Shown: positions 19,102 to 29,694 of the stretch, piece after piece
Position numbering within the stretch: position 1 is the first letter of the stretch
Layout of the letters: every line of letters begins with the position of its first letter
Origin: Candidatus Margulisiibacteriota bacterium
Lineage (GTDB): Bacteria; Margulisbacteria; Marinamargulisbacteria; JBFWNS01
Direction of reading: 5' to 3'
Length of the DNA: 64,000 nt
Assembly: GCA_050250935.1 (NCBI GenBank)
Contig: JBFWNS010000003.1
Coordinates: 96,001-160,000 of the forward strand
The notes under the pieces: model-generated
Database searches by the model: none
What the model saw: only the letters and a program-made list of their open reading frames with translations
What the model was told of the DNA's origin: nothing
Position numbers and translations under genes: made by a program

Positions 19102-19956
19102 ATGTTTCAAAAAAAGTTTCTGAGTTGCTCTGTGCCGGCTTTGCCTGTGGTAGTTAAACCTGTGTTAACGATGACCAAGCCCATTCTGTTTAGTGTTGAG
19201 GTCGGCAGTGTTGTGGTTGCAACAGACGGTTTTTACATTAAAACAAGTGGTGCAAAAATGGATTTTGTTCGGCGTGTTAATGATAGACCCTTGGGAATGG
19301 CTTCTGTTTCGGATGGGGTTGTTCTTATTTCTGCTAAAGGAGCAAGCTGTTATAAGTTTCAAGACAATGGATTGCGGTACAAAGGAGCTTTGGGTGTAAT
19401 TTCGAATCCGACTGCGATTGCATCTCATGGGGATTTTTTTTGTTTGGGAAGTCGTGACGAAGTTGTGCTTTACCAATTAAACAATTGTTCGGCTGCTGAA
19501 CAAAATCGTATTCCAGTTTCTTTGGGGGGGATTCAATTTTTGGCCATGCCGGACGAAAACACAGTGGTTGGAATTGTTCGTAAAGACGATTCCTCATATT
19601 CGTTGTTTGTTGCAAAGGAGCGTCGTGTTCAAGAAACGCCGATTGGTTTGTTTTTGGGTGAAAGTCCGACTTGCTTGGCTGTTTCTTTGGAAAAAAATGA
19701 AATTTCAGTAGGGATAGGGGAGTCCGTACTCCAGTACAAATTGGACAATCTGAACTTAACCGGATCCATTACTGTTAAAGCTGCCTCTGGGCTTGTTTAC
19801 GAGCGAAAGGGGCTTTTGATCGCAGACGAATTTGGCGTGTATTGTTTTGAAACGCGAGAAAGGTTGTCTAATGAACCTTCGAAATTGCATCTGTCTGATA
19901 ATGGGGTTATTTTAATTTCCAATCAAAATAGTCTTTTTTTATACCCTCAAAGCTAG
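19102..19956 (+). CDS. Orphan beta-rich protein (possible degenerate WD40/beta-propeller)
   Basis: Repeated short beta-strand units (PTAIASHGDFFCLG, PTCLAVSLEKNEISVG); AT-rich upstream region. Confidence 0.6.
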   Translation: MFQKKFLSCSVPALPVVVKPVLTMTKPILFSVEVGSVVVATDGFYIKTSGAKMDFVRRVNDRPLGMASVSDGVVLISAKGASCYKFQDNGLRYKGALGVISNPTAIASHGDFFCLGSRDEVVLYQLNNCSAAEQNRIPVSLGGIQFLAMPDENTVVGIVRKDDSSYSLFVAKERRVQETPIGLFLGESPTCLAVSLEKNEISVGIGESVLQYKLDNLNLTGSITVKAASGLVYERKGLLIADEFGVYCFETRERLSNEPSKLHLSDNGVILISNQNSLFLYPQS

Positions 19957-19992
19957 TTCAAAGTAATCGTTTATTGAAATAGTCTTGATTAC

Positions 19993-20017
19993 AAGCCGCA
20001 CACCCATGTGGCTTTTT
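19993..20017 (+). terminator. Possible intrinsic terminator
   Basis: AAGCCGCA-caccca-TGTGGCTT hairpin followed by T run, downstream of 19956. Confidence 0.5.
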
Positions 20018-20086
20018 ATGCTTGTCTCATTTATATTTTGATGATAATTATTATTAATATTAAATAAAAAATGACTATCAATATAA

Positions 20087-23000
20087 ATGCATAAACTGAT
20101 TTCGACTTCTGTGGATGCTCTGGCAACGACGAGTTCTTTGCCCTGTATGGGCTATCTTCGCAACACTGTAGCTCGTGTGGCGACCATAGCTCGGCAATTA
20201 AAGGCTGTTGGATTTCATGAAGATTCTAAAACCGAGGCCAGACGGTTATTCCAAGAAAAGGGGCCCGAAATTGAATCTGCTGTCCAATTGCTTCATGATT
20301 CACTGCCTCGGTTCACCGAAGCTTGGAATTCAGTTCAGCTTATATTTCGAAATGCAGATCGCTTTTTTTTGGAGCCCGGTTTTGAAAGAACTTTGACGCT
20401 AAGGCTTAAAATAGCGACTCACTTTCCAAAGAACTTTGATATTAATCCCGATTTATTAAGGCAGCTTGAAAAATGTGTGGTGGGCTTTAAGGGCCAGGTT
20501 ACCGATGAACTGCCACTTGTTTGTGAGCGACCAGAATATCTGGTTGAAATGGTTACCCTCCTGACTTGGGCGATTTTGCCGGATCTTTCTCTTGCCCCTT
20601 CTCAAAGAAAGGAGCTGGTGGAGTGGCTTGCCTGTAATTTGAAATTTCAAAAAATGAAGCATGCTTGCGGTTCGGGATTGCTGGAAAATAGTACTCGGAA
20701 TCGCAGAATGGTGTCTGATTTAAAAGTGAAGCTTAGTGAACAAACGGCAAAATGTACTTCAATTTTGAAAACGCTGGAAGCACGTTTGAAACACGTTGGG
20801 TTTGGGCTTAATGCATTAAACTTAGAGGTTTTAGATACAAGTTTGAAGTCTGAAGATCCAATAGATATCCGCAGCCAACTATGTGGTGCAGTCCTTGCTT
20901 TTTTTAGGGCATTTTTTCACAAATTTCCAGATACGTCGTTTGATGACTACCGATTGGATTTTCGAGTCCGCCAAGAGGCTTGGCTTGGGAATTTGGCAGG
21001 GGTTTTGGCGGGTCATTCTGGCTGTGATATGGCCCTGTATGGGCTTCCGGCCCGCGAATTTTCTAGGGTCGATTTACATGCCTTAATGGATTTTGTTGCG
21101 GGTTGCGGTCGGGTTTTGTCTTTTTCTGGGTTTTGTTCAGACTCCGTTGTTCTTTCTAAGCAACAACTGACAAAAATACAGCAACATATTAATGAACTTG
21201 AAAAAACTTGGGGATCGTTTTTTAGGGCAATTGGAGACTGGATTCATAATGTTGAAATGCCCTTTGGTGGGTTTTCGAAACGAACAATGGACATTCAAAA
21301 TGACTTAATTGCGCTGATGGCCTACATGGCCAATCACCATACCTTGTTTCAGGTTCCCGTAATGATAGGGGTCTTAGACGTTACACAATCGAATCGATCA
21401 TATGTTGTTTTGGCTTTTTCTGGAGGGCCTCAAAAAAGTATTGATCTTCAAAATTTGTTAGTGGAAACAGGTGTTTGTCGACTTTTGGAAGAAGTGTATC
21501 GATGTCAGATTGTTTTTGCGCCCCCAGTCACAAATAACGATCATTTTCAGGTGTTTCCTTCGCTTCGGGTGGGTCAAAAGAAAGATCCTGTAACGGTTGA
21601 AGAGCACAATGGCCTGGTGTGTGCGATGGATAAATTGTGGGCTCAATTGGCGATGATGAATGCTGAAGAACCGTGCCGAGTTAACGGGGTTATTGAGAGT
21701 TGGTATTCCCTTCAGCCTGGGAAAGCTCAGACGACTGCCCAGGCCAAGCCCCGCAGGCGTCTCGATCAGGTTGGGCAGTCACCAACCATGCCAGATTCCC
21801 CGGTTACGGTGGTTCAGCCAGCCCAATCGCCGAGTGCGGTGCAAGCCGGTTCTTCCTCCCCAGTTTTGGTGCTGGCACAGTCTCCCTATCCGATGGGTCC
21901 CCAGAGAACTCGTGGCTCTTTTACTGGTGTGAACTCCTTTTCCCCGGTTATTTGGCGCCGCTCTGAAGAATCAAAAAAAACGGTTGTTCAGAATGCTTTC
22001 GATCATGAGAATTTTTATAGTCCCACTCATCCAGTTTGTCTTTCGGTTCTTACTAAGGCTAGGGCTAACATGCGCCGCCTTACGGAAGATGGAGACCGAG
22101 TACTTCATTCTGCGGCAGATAACTGCCCTGGGTGTAAACTTAATTCTATGCGTATCGCAGCCCGTGTTCGGCAAGAAGCTGTTTCAGAATCTCCGTCAGT
22201 TTTGGTTCAAGTGCCTGTTACGCCGCCAAGGGCGGCTAGGGCTTTCCCGGTTTCACTCTCTACGCCGCCAGATGCCTTAAGTCCGCCAACTGATGTTCCG
22301 CCACCCCGCCCCTTTGGACCCTATAGTAGAAGGCTAGATGTTGGACATAACGCTTTCGTTCGATCTGCAGCCCAACTACGCGACAATGCGAGTCGTGAGG
22401 AGCCAAGGTTTGATCGATATTCTAGGCTTGATTCAGCCATTAAGGCTTTTCATACCCAAGCTACATCGATACGTGCAAAGTCCCTAACCTCTGATAAATT
22501 AAGGGATTTTGCAGAAGCCGTTGCCAGGCTTTTAAGCGAGCTAAATTCCATCGCCGATTTGGATTATAAGGGTGATAGGCGTTGTTGTGTTTGTGCAGAC
22601 GCTGTTCTTGACTGCTTCGAAGATATTCAGCTTGCAAATTGTTCTGATATTGAGGATGTTTTATTTACTCATCTGAATAGAAAGTTGGATGATGTGGGGC
22701 ATCAAAAATTCGGTGCTTACATTAAGGACCTCCTTACTCCTTTAACTCGAGTCCTAAATGAGCTAGGAACAAAGGACGTTTTAGCGGAACTTCAAGCGTC
22801 TTTTGGCGATGCTGATGCTGAATTGGCATTGTATGAACAGCTTAATGCTAGAAAAATGGCCGATTTAGCTCGAGAAAGAGAGACCGTTTTTGAGCGTATC
22901 AAGGCGAAATCTTCGCCTGAAGATTTTGAAGCTCTTGCAGCAGTGTTTTCTGAAGCGGACTTTTGGAATTTCGATTTTGAAGAGGTTCTTCGTAGGGCGA

Positions 23001-23098
23001 GTGGCCTCTGTTTGCCAAGCGTTGTTGACGAGTTGTATGGGTTGTTTTTGCGTTTATCAGAATTGAATAGGGCATTGGGAGTTCAAAGCACTCTCTAA
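20087..23098 (+). CDS. Large orphan protein (1003 aa) with Ser/Pro-rich inserts; candidate effector
   Basis: Long ORF; helical N- and C-terminal regions; central LAFSG / CAMD / NCPGC motifs. Confidence 0.75.
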   Translation: MHKLISTSVDALATTSSLPCMGYLRNTVARVATIARQLKAVGFHEDSKTEARRLFQEKGPEIESAVQLLHDSLPRFTEAWNSVQLIFRNADRFFLEPGFERTLTLRLKIATHFPKNFDINPDLLRQLEKCVVGFKGQVTDELPLVCERPEYLVEMVTLLTWAILPDLSLAPSQRKELVEWLACNLKFQKMKHACGSGLLENSTRNRRMVSDLKVKLSEQTAKCTSILKTLEARLKHVGFGLNALNLEVLDTSLKSEDPIDIRSQLCGAVLAFFRAFFHKFPDTSFDDYRLDFRVRQEAWLGNLAGVLAGHSGCDMALYGLPAREFSRVDLHALMDFVAGCGRVLSFSGFCSDSVVLSKQQLTKIQQHINELEKTWGSFFRAIGDWIHNVEMPFGGFSKRTMDIQNDLIALMAYMANHHTLFQVPVMIGVLDVTQSNRSYVVLAFSGGPQKSIDLQNLLVETGVCRLLEEVYRCQIVFAPPVTNNDHFQVFPSLRVGQKKDPVTVEEHNGLVCAMDKLWAQLAMMNAEEPCRVNGVIESWYSLQPGKAQTTAQAKPRRRLDQVGQSPTMPDSPVTVVQPAQSPSAVQAGSSSPVLVLAQSPYPMGPQRTRGSFTGVNSFSPVIWRRSEESKKTVVQNAFDHENFYSPTHPVCLSVLTKARANMRRLTEDGDRVLHSAADNCPGCKLNSMRIAARVRQEAVSESPSVLVQVPVTPPRAARAFPVSLSTPPDALSPPTDVPPPRPFGPYSRRLDVGHNAFVRSAAQLRDNASREEPRFDRYSRLDSAIKAFHTQATSIRAKSLTSDKLRDFAEAVARLLSELNSIADLDYKGDRRCCVCADAVLDCFEDIQLANCSDIEDVLFTHLNRKLDDVGHQKFGAYIKDLLTPLTRVLNELGTKDVLAELQASFGDADAELALYEQLNARKMADLARERETVFERIKAKSSPEDFEALAAVFSEADFWNFDFEEVLRRASGLCLPSVVDELYGLFLRLSELNRALGVQSTL

Positions 23099-23174
23099 GC
23101 GAATTGTCGCGAGGCCTCTCTTGGGTTAGAATAAGGCCTTCGTTGACCTTACTCTTTTTTAGAAAAGGATGCGT

Positions 23175-26100
23175 ATGACAATTATTGACCAAACCCTCTC
23201 TGCCTTACCCAAAGATTCCCTCTTAACCCAATTTGCCACCCTCTATTTAAATGCCATCGCACCACGGTGGATTAAAGACTATGATGCGAAATCGTTGTCT
23301 GATTTTGTTCAAGAGCGGTTTTCTTTTTTTAAAACGGCCTTGGCCAAAGGGCGGGATTTTAGGGTTGTGCCTTTGCCCGGAGACAATCCTTTCGAAAAAC
23401 GATTTGTATTCGAATTTGTTTGTCCCGATGCCATGTTTTTGCTGGCGACTTTCGAAGAACTTTTTGCCGAAAACAATCTTAAAATTCTACGGCGTTTGCA
23501 TCCCATTATGGGGGTTGTTGAAGATAAAAAAGGCGTTTCTGCGATCGAAGCCCCTCAGGAAGGCGGCCGTTTGGTTTCGGTGACCTACATCGAATTTGAA
23601 GGCTTGGAAGACGAAGCCCATCTGGATGCCCTCGTTGCCCGAATTGGGATTCATTTGAATGCCATTCAAAAGGCCTTCCAAGACAAACCGGCGATTTTAA
23701 AGCAAATCGAGGTTCTTAAACAGCAGATTTCTGCAAACAAAACCCTCAAATTGGCCGAACCCAAAGAAGAATGGGAAAACCTCTTGGATTGGCTCAAAGA
23801 TTATAATTTTTCGTTTTATGGCTATGGAGCTTTTTCGCATACCGGTAAGTCTGTTGGGTTTGATGCCAAATCTGGCTTGGGTATTTTGGCCAAGGACTAT
23901 CTGAAAACCGATCCATTTGAATTGGAAAAAAACCTTTTGGCCCATACCCAGAAAGCCCATGTGCCCACGAGTCCCTTTGTGTTTGATACGATTCAGGTTA
24001 AAAGTCCAATTCAACGTTTCGAAAACTTAATGAGGCTTAGTTTGACGGTTACGGAAGGCAAAACCACCGTAACCCATGTGTTTTTGGGGCTGCTTAAACG
24101 GACTTCGTTGTTGGTTAAAAACATCGAAACTCCGCTGATTCACTTAAAAATGGCGGCTATTTTTAAAGCCAAACAAATGTTGCCTGGCAGCTACGACTAT
24201 AATTCTGTTATTAAGCTGTTTACCACCATTCCCAAGTTCGAATCCTTCCGAACCTCTGCTTCGGAATTGTTGGAAATGGTCGAAGATTTACTGTCCATTA
24301 CCAACCCCAACGAGGTCTATTGTTTTACCCGTACCCATCAGTCCGGCATGTTCCCCTTGATGGTGGTGATTCCCAATTCGCTGTTTACCGTTGAAACCAT
24401 TCAAAAAATCAAAACCTTTTTGCTAGAAACCATTCCCCATAAATCCGTGGAAATGATCGAAATGAATGGCGAAGAACAAGGTCGTTTGCAGTTCTATTTC
24501 GAATTGTCGGGCGATGCTTCGACGCTGGCCATTGATCACATTGAAAACGAGGTTCGAGAGCGGGTAAAACCCTGGGACGAAAAATTGCGCGATGTGTTGT
24601 ATCAGGCCTATCCGGGTACGGTTGGCAAGCAATTGTATGCCTTTTATGTTCAGGCCTTTCCCGATCACCACCGTGTTCGCAGAACCCCCCAAGAAACACT
24701 TCGCGATATTCACTTTCTAGAAAAGCTGGCCAACGAAAATCGGGTTCAATTTAATTTGCTGCCTTTTCATCAACCCCATTCCTATCTGCACGGCAAAGTT
24801 TCGACCCTGTCGATCTACAGCCGCGAAAAAATCGATTTGATTACCATCATGCCCATTTTGCAAAACTTGGGGCTGTATGTGTTCGATGAAATTACAACCC
24901 GAATTGGGGCAACGGATAACACCATTGCCTATATTCACAGTTTCCGTGTGACCGATCAAAACAAAGAAAAATTGGATGAAACAGTTCTGAAATCCCTAAT
25001 TGTGGATTTGCTCACTGAAATTTTCCGCAATCGAACCAGCAATGATCCGCTTAATGCCTTGGCGATTAGTGCTCAGTTGAATTGGCGAGCCATTAATGTC
25101 TTGCAACTGTATCGCAACTTATATGTTCAGCTTCGTTCGCCTTATACCCGAGACAGAATCAATGCAACCATCTTGAAATACCCCAATGCCTCGGCACTGT
25201 TGTTTTCGTATTTCGAGCATAAATTTTCGACAATGGCCCATTTTGGGGCTCAAAAAGAGCGGTTGGAAAAGGGCTTGCCCCGTGTTAAACAGGCCTTTTT
25301 GGACAGCCTCCATGCGGTTAGCGATGTAACCGACGATTTGATTTTACAACGCTTGTTTAACTTGATTGATCATACCCTGCGGACCAATTTTTATATTCCC
25401 AAAACCAATGGCGATACGTTTATTTCCATTAAATTGGATTCTCAGCAGCTTAAGCAAATGCCCGCCCCTGCGCCATTTAGAGAAATGTTTGTGTACGATG
25501 TTGGGTTCGAAGGCACCCATTTGCGGTTCGGTAAAGTGGCCCGCGGTGGTCTTCGTTGGTCCGATCGGTTGGATGATTTTAGAACTGAAATTCTAGGCCT
25601 GGTTAAAACCCAACAAACCAAAAACGTGGTAATTGTTCCGGTTGGATCCAAAGGCGGATTTGTTCTTAAAAAATCCCCTTTAACCCGAGAAGAAGCCGGT
25701 GCAGAATCTGAAAAACAATACCGCAACTTTATTCGCGCCTTGTTGGATATTACGGATTCTGTGAACGGTAAAGGCGATGTGGTTCATCCCAGCCATGTGT
25801 TGATGTACGACGAAGCCGATCCCTATTTGGTGGTTGCTGCCGACAAAGGCACTGCCAATTTCTCTGATTTGGCCAACGATATTGCCCAAGACTATGGGTT
25901 TTGGTTGGGCGATGCGTTTGCTTCTGGCGGCTCGATTGGGTATAACCACAAAAAAGTCGGGATCACCGCGCGGGGTGCTTGGGAATGTGTGACCCTGCAT
26001 TTTAGCGAATTGGGTAAGGACATTGCCAAAGAATCCATCACCGTTGCTGGGATTGGGGATATGTCTGGAGACGTGTTTGGTAATGGCATGTTGTTAAGCA

Positions 26101-27902
26101 ACAAGCTGAAACTTCAAGCGGCCTTTAACCACGCTCATATTTTCTTGGATCCAGACCCCGACATGAAAAAAAGTTTTGATGAACGGTATCGGCTCTTCCA
26201 TTTGCCCCGCTCGTCTTGGACCGATTACAACGAAAAACTCATTAGCAAAGGCGGCGGTATTTTTGACCGTAAAGCCAAGGAAATTCGTCTGTCTGAAGAA
26301 GTAAAACGCCTGTTAGAAGTCAAAGAAGATGTTTTGACGGGTGAGGATGTGATTAAAGCCATCCTGAAAATGAAAGTCGAATTGCTGTGGTTTGGTGGGA
26401 TTGGAACCTATATCAAAGCCACAGCCCAAACCAACACCGAAGTTGGGGATATGGCCAACGATGCGGTTCGAATCGATGCCAAAGAATGCCGGGCTCTGGT
26501 TATTGGCGAAGGCGCCAATTTGGGGCTTACCCAGTCTGCGCGTATCGAATTCTCTCGTTTGGGTGGCAAATTAAACACCGATGCAATCGACAACTCTGCA
26601 GGTGTTAACATGTCCGACTACGAAGTTAACATCAAGATTTTGTTGCAACGGATGCTTGAAGAAAAACAACTCAAATCCATGGACGATCGCAATGCTTTCT
26701 TGGAAGCGGCAACCGACGAAGTCACCGAATTGGTGCTGTTGAACAATCAAGGTCAGCATCGCTTGTTGTCGATGGATGCTTTGCGGTCTGTGAAGCAGTT
26801 TTCGGCTTTCGCCAAGCTGATTCAATCGTTGATTGCTTCTGGCCAATTGAATGCCAAAACCGAAACCATTCCCGATGCAACCGAATTGGAGCAGTTTCAT
26901 TTGCTAAAACAGCCCATTCCAAGGCCGATTTTGGCGGTGATTCAAGCTTATGTCAAAATGGCTGTTTTCAACGAATTGTCGGTTTCGACAGTGGTTCAAG
27001 ATCCCGAGTTGAATGGGGTGTATGAATCTTATTTCCCCAAAACCTTCTTGAAAAAATTTGGAACCCACATGAGCAAGCACCGTCTTCGCAACGAAATTAT
27101 TGCGACGGCCTTGACCAATAAAATTGTCAATCAAGCTGGAATTACCTTCTATTTCCAAGCGCAACAGCTGACGGGATGTTCCTATGCCGAAATTACACGG
27201 GCCTATTTGGTGGTGGATGCCGCGTTAAATGGCGAAGCGTTGCGCAAGTCTTTGTTAAACAGCGAGGTTCATGACGCCGATTTGTATGCAGCTTGGGTAG
27301 ACTACGAAACCGTGTTAGCCCTTCTGGTCATGGAAATGCTTCAAATGCGTAAATTTGAATTGAATTTTAATCAGATCAAAAAGCTGTCTTCGGTCTTCTC
27401 ACATTTGCACAAAGAAGTTTCTAAAAAAGAAGGCTCTGCGGTAAAGTCCTGGAAAAAAATGGGCTTTGATGAAGGCTTGTCCAAGACCTTGGCCTGTTTG
27501 TCTCAGTTACCAACGGCTGTGGATGTGGTCACCTTGGTCGAAGAAGACGGTCTTAGCATCGAACAAGCCTTAAAGTTGGTTTTACAACTGGATGACTTGT
27601 TTGATTTTGATTGGTTGGAAGCCAAATTGCATCAGGTTCATCCCCAAAATCAATGGGATGTGGCCCAACGGGAAGCCCTTCGCCAGCAATTGCGAAATGC
27701 GAAATTGGGCTTGGCTGGGTATTTAAAAGACACCATGGGTAAAAAAACCTTGCTGGCAGCCACGGTCAAAGAGATTCATCATGCCTTTAAAACCTCGAAC
27801 CCAGAGGCCTTAAAGCGGTATTTGGATACCCTGCAGGAACTTAAGTCGGGGGCTGTGGATTTGACGGCACTTTCGGTGGCGATTTCAAGGATTCAATTTT
27901 AA
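23175..27902 (+). CDS. gdhB: Large NAD-specific glutamate dehydrogenase
   Basis: ~1575 aa; HLRFGKVARGGLRWSDR, YLVVAADKGTA, DAFASGGS, GITARGAW, GDMSGDVFGNG, TDAIDNSAGV. Confidence 0.97.
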   Translation: MTIIDQTLSALPKDSLLTQFATLYLNAIAPRWIKDYDAKSLSDFVQERFSFFKTALAKGRDFRVVPLPGDNPFEKRFVFEFVCPDAMFLLATFEELFAENNLKILRRLHPIMGVVEDKKGVSAIEAPQEGGRLVSVTYIEFEGLEDEAHLDALVARIGIHLNAIQKAFQDKPAILKQIEVLKQQISANKTLKLAEPKEEWENLLDWLKDYNFSFYGYGAFSHTGKSVGFDAKSGLGILAKDYLKTDPFELEKNLLAHTQKAHVPTSPFVFDTIQVKSPIQRFENLMRLSLTVTEGKTTVTHVFLGLLKRTSLLVKNIETPLIHLKMAAIFKAKQMLPGSYDYNSVIKLFTTIPKFESFRTSASELLEMVEDLLSITNPNEVYCFTRTHQSGMFPLMVVIPNSLFTVETIQKIKTFLLETIPHKSVEMIEMNGEEQGRLQFYFELSGDASTLAIDHIENEVRERVKPWDEKLRDVLYQAYPGTVGKQLYAFYVQAFPDHHRVRRTPQETLRDIHFLEKLANENRVQFNLLPFHQPHSYLHGKVSTLSIYSREKIDLITIMPILQNLGLYVFDEITTRIGATDNTIAYIHSFRVTDQNKEKLDETVLKSLIVDLLTEIFRNRTSNDPLNALAISAQLNWRAINVLQLYRNLYVQLRSPYTRDRINATILKYPNASALLFSYFEHKFSTMAHFGAQKERLEKGLPRVKQAFLDSLHAVSDVTDDLILQRLFNLIDHTLRTNFYIPKTNGDTFISIKLDSQQLKQMPAPAPFREMFVYDVGFEGTHLRFGKVARGGLRWSDRLDDFRTEILGLVKTQQTKNVVIVPVGSKGGFVLKKSPLTREEAGAESEKQYRNFIRALLDITDSVNGKGDVVHPSHVLMYDEADPYLVVAADKGTANFSDLANDIAQDYGFWLGDAFASGGSIGYNHKKVGITARGAWECVTLHFSELGKDIAKESITVAGIGDMSGDVFGNGMLLSNKLKLQAAFNHAHIFLDPDPDMKKSFDERYRLFHLPRSSWTDYNEKLISKGGGIFDRKAKEIRLSEEVKRLLEVKEDVLTGEDVIKAILKMKVELLWFGGIGTYIKATAQTNTEVGDMANDAVRIDAKECRALVIGEGANLGLTQSARIEFSRLGGKLNTDAIDNSAGVNMSDYEVNIKILLQRMLEEKQLKSMDDRNAFLEAATDEVTELVLLNNQGQHRLLSMDALRSVKQFSAFAKLIQSLIASGQLNAKTETIPDATELEQFHLLKQPIPRPILAVIQAYVKMAVFNELSVSTVVQDPELNGVYESYFPKTFLKKFGTHMSKHRLRNEIIATALTNKIVNQAGITFYFQAQQLTGCSYAEITRAYLVVDAALNGEALRKSLLNSEVHDADLYAAWVDYETVLALLVMEMLQMRKFELNFNQIKKLSSVFSHLHKEVSKKEGSAVKSWKKMGFDEGLSKTLACLSQLPTAVDVVTLVEEDGLSIEQALKLVLQLDDLFDFDWLEAKLHQVHPQNQWDVAQREALRQQLRNAKLGLAGYLKDTMGKKTLLAATVKEIHHAFKTSNPEALKRYLDTLQELKSGAVDLTALSVAISRIQF

Positions 27903-27907
27903 TTTTT

Positions 27908-29236
27908 ATGTCTAAATCTGTTTTTATTGAAACCTATGGTTGCCAGATGAATGCCTACGACACCGAGTTGATTCGTAGCATTCTCAAAAAAGAAAATTTT
28001 ACGTTTTCAGAGCAAGAAACAGAAGCGGATATTGTGATGCTGAACACCTGTTCGGTTCGGGACAATGCGAACCGCAAGGTCTACAACCGCATTCACGAAA
28101 TTCGGCATGCAAGGCACGGGGCCCCTGTCATGATTGGGGTATTGGGCTGTATGGCTACCAATTTTCGCCAGGCCTTGCTGGATAATCCCAAATTGGGGAT
28201 CGATTTTATTGCAGGGCCAGATAGCTACAAACAATTGCCGCATTTGATTGAAGAAGTTTCTGGAACCGGTAAAAAACAGTTTGATGTGACGCTGTCCGAA
28301 TTCGAGACGTATTCCGATGTTCTGCCCACCCGTTTGGATGGGGTGAATGCCTGGATTGCGGTGATGCGTGGCTGTAATAATTTTTGCTCGTTTTGCGTAG
28401 TGCCCTTTACCCGAGGTCGGGAACGCAGTCGGGACCCAGAAAATGTGGTCGAAGAAGTTCGCAAACTGGTGGCCCAAGGGTTTTCCCAAGTGACGTTGTT
28501 GGGTCAGAATGTCAATTCGTATCGCTCTGGAGATAACGATTTTGCTGATCTGATGGCTAGGGTCAGCGATGTTCCAGGGATTCGGCGCATTCGTTTTACC
28601 TCGCCACACCCCAAAGATTTTCCTACCAAGTTTTTGAATGTCATGAAAGAACGGGACAACATTTGTAAACAGATTCATTTGCCCCTACAAGCTGGAAGTA
28701 CCCGTGTGTTGGACAAAATGAACCGGACCTATACCAAAGAAGAGTTTTTGGATCTGGTGGCCCACATTCGCGATTTAATGCCTGATATTGCCTTGTCCAC
28801 CGATGTGATTGTGGGTTTTCCCACCGAAACAGATGCTGAATTCGAAGACACGTTGGATGTGATGGAGCGGGTCCAATTTGATTCTGCCTTTATGTTTAAA
28901 TATTCCGAACGCGAGCTCACTTTGGCGTCTCGACGTTTTCCAGACGATGTGCCCGAAGCCATTAAAACCGAGCGTATCGTTCGCTTAAACGAACTTCAAA
29001 AGCGCCACTGTTTGGCCAAAAATTCGGCGTATATTGGTAAAGAACTAGAGGTTTTAATCGAGGCCGATACCACCAAAAAAGCCGCCAAAAAAGGCGTTGC
29101 CGAAATCCAAGGGCGTACCGATTCGAACAAGTTGGTTATTTTGCCAGGAGAGGCCGGTTTTGCGGTTGGTGCCTACGAAAAAGTGCGTATCACCGAAGCA
29201 ACCCCCAATGTTTTAAGAGGAGTCCCCCTATGTTAA
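27908..29236 (+). CDS. miaB: tRNA-2-methylthio-N6-dimethylallyladenosine synthase
   Basis: TYGCQMN, NTCSVR, radical SAM CNNFCSFC, LLGQNVN, C-terminal TRAM domain. Confidence 0.95.
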   Translation: MSKSVFIETYGCQMNAYDTELIRSILKKENFTFSEQETEADIVMLNTCSVRDNANRKVYNRIHEIRHARHGAPVMIGVLGCMATNFRQALLDNPKLGIDFIAGPDSYKQLPHLIEEVSGTGKKQFDVTLSEFETYSDVLPTRLDGVNAWIAVMRGCNNFCSFCVVPFTRGRERSRDPENVVEEVRKLVAQGFSQVTLLGQNVNSYRSGDNDFADLMARVSDVPGIRRIRFTSPHPKDFPTKFLNVMKERDNICKQIHLPLQAGSTRVLDKMNRTYTKEEFLDLVAHIRDLMPDIALSTDVIVGFPTETDAEFEDTLDVMERVQFDSAFMFKYSERELTLASRRFPDDVPEAIKTERIVRLNELQKRHCLAKNSAYIGKELEVLIEADTTKKAAKKGVAEIQGRTDSNKLVILPGEAGFAVGAYEKVRITEATPNVLRGVPLC

Positions 29237-29694
29237 CGGTTGGTCAAAGCGCCCCTGCTTTTGTGTTGCCCGACGAGACGGGTAAGTCGGTGTCCTTGTC
29301 CGATTTTCAGGGTAAAAAAGTGGTTTTGTTTTTTTATCCCAAAGACGACACCCCAGGATGCACCCGGGAATCCATCGGATTTACCCAAGCCAAAGCCGAT
29401 TTCGAAGCCGCTGGCGCTGTGGTTTTGGGTGTTTCGAAAGACAGTGTTAAATCCCACGGTGCTTTTTGTACAAAACACGCCCTGACGGTGACCTTGCTCA
29501 GCGACGAGTCCTTGGACATGATCAAAGCCTACGGGGTTTGGCAAGAAAAGACGAATTACGGCAAAACCAGCATGGGCATTGTTCGAACCACGGTGCTTTT
29601 GGACGAAAAAGGCCAGTTTTTAAAGGTTTGGTCTTCTGTTAAAGTCGATGGCCATGTTGAGGCTGTTTTGGCCGAAGTTAAACGACACGCATGA
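29230..29694 (+). CDS. bcp: Peroxiredoxin Bcp/PrxQ
   Basis: [29 protein letters not shown]. Confidence 0.95.
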   Translation: MLTVGQSAPAFVLPDETGKSVSLSDFQGKKVVLFFYPKDDTPGCTRESIGFTQAKADFEAAGAVVLGVSKDSVKSHGAFCTKHALTVTLLSDESLDMIKAYGVWQEKTNYGKTSMGIVRTTVLLDEKGQFLKVWSSVKVDGHVEAVLAEVKRHA

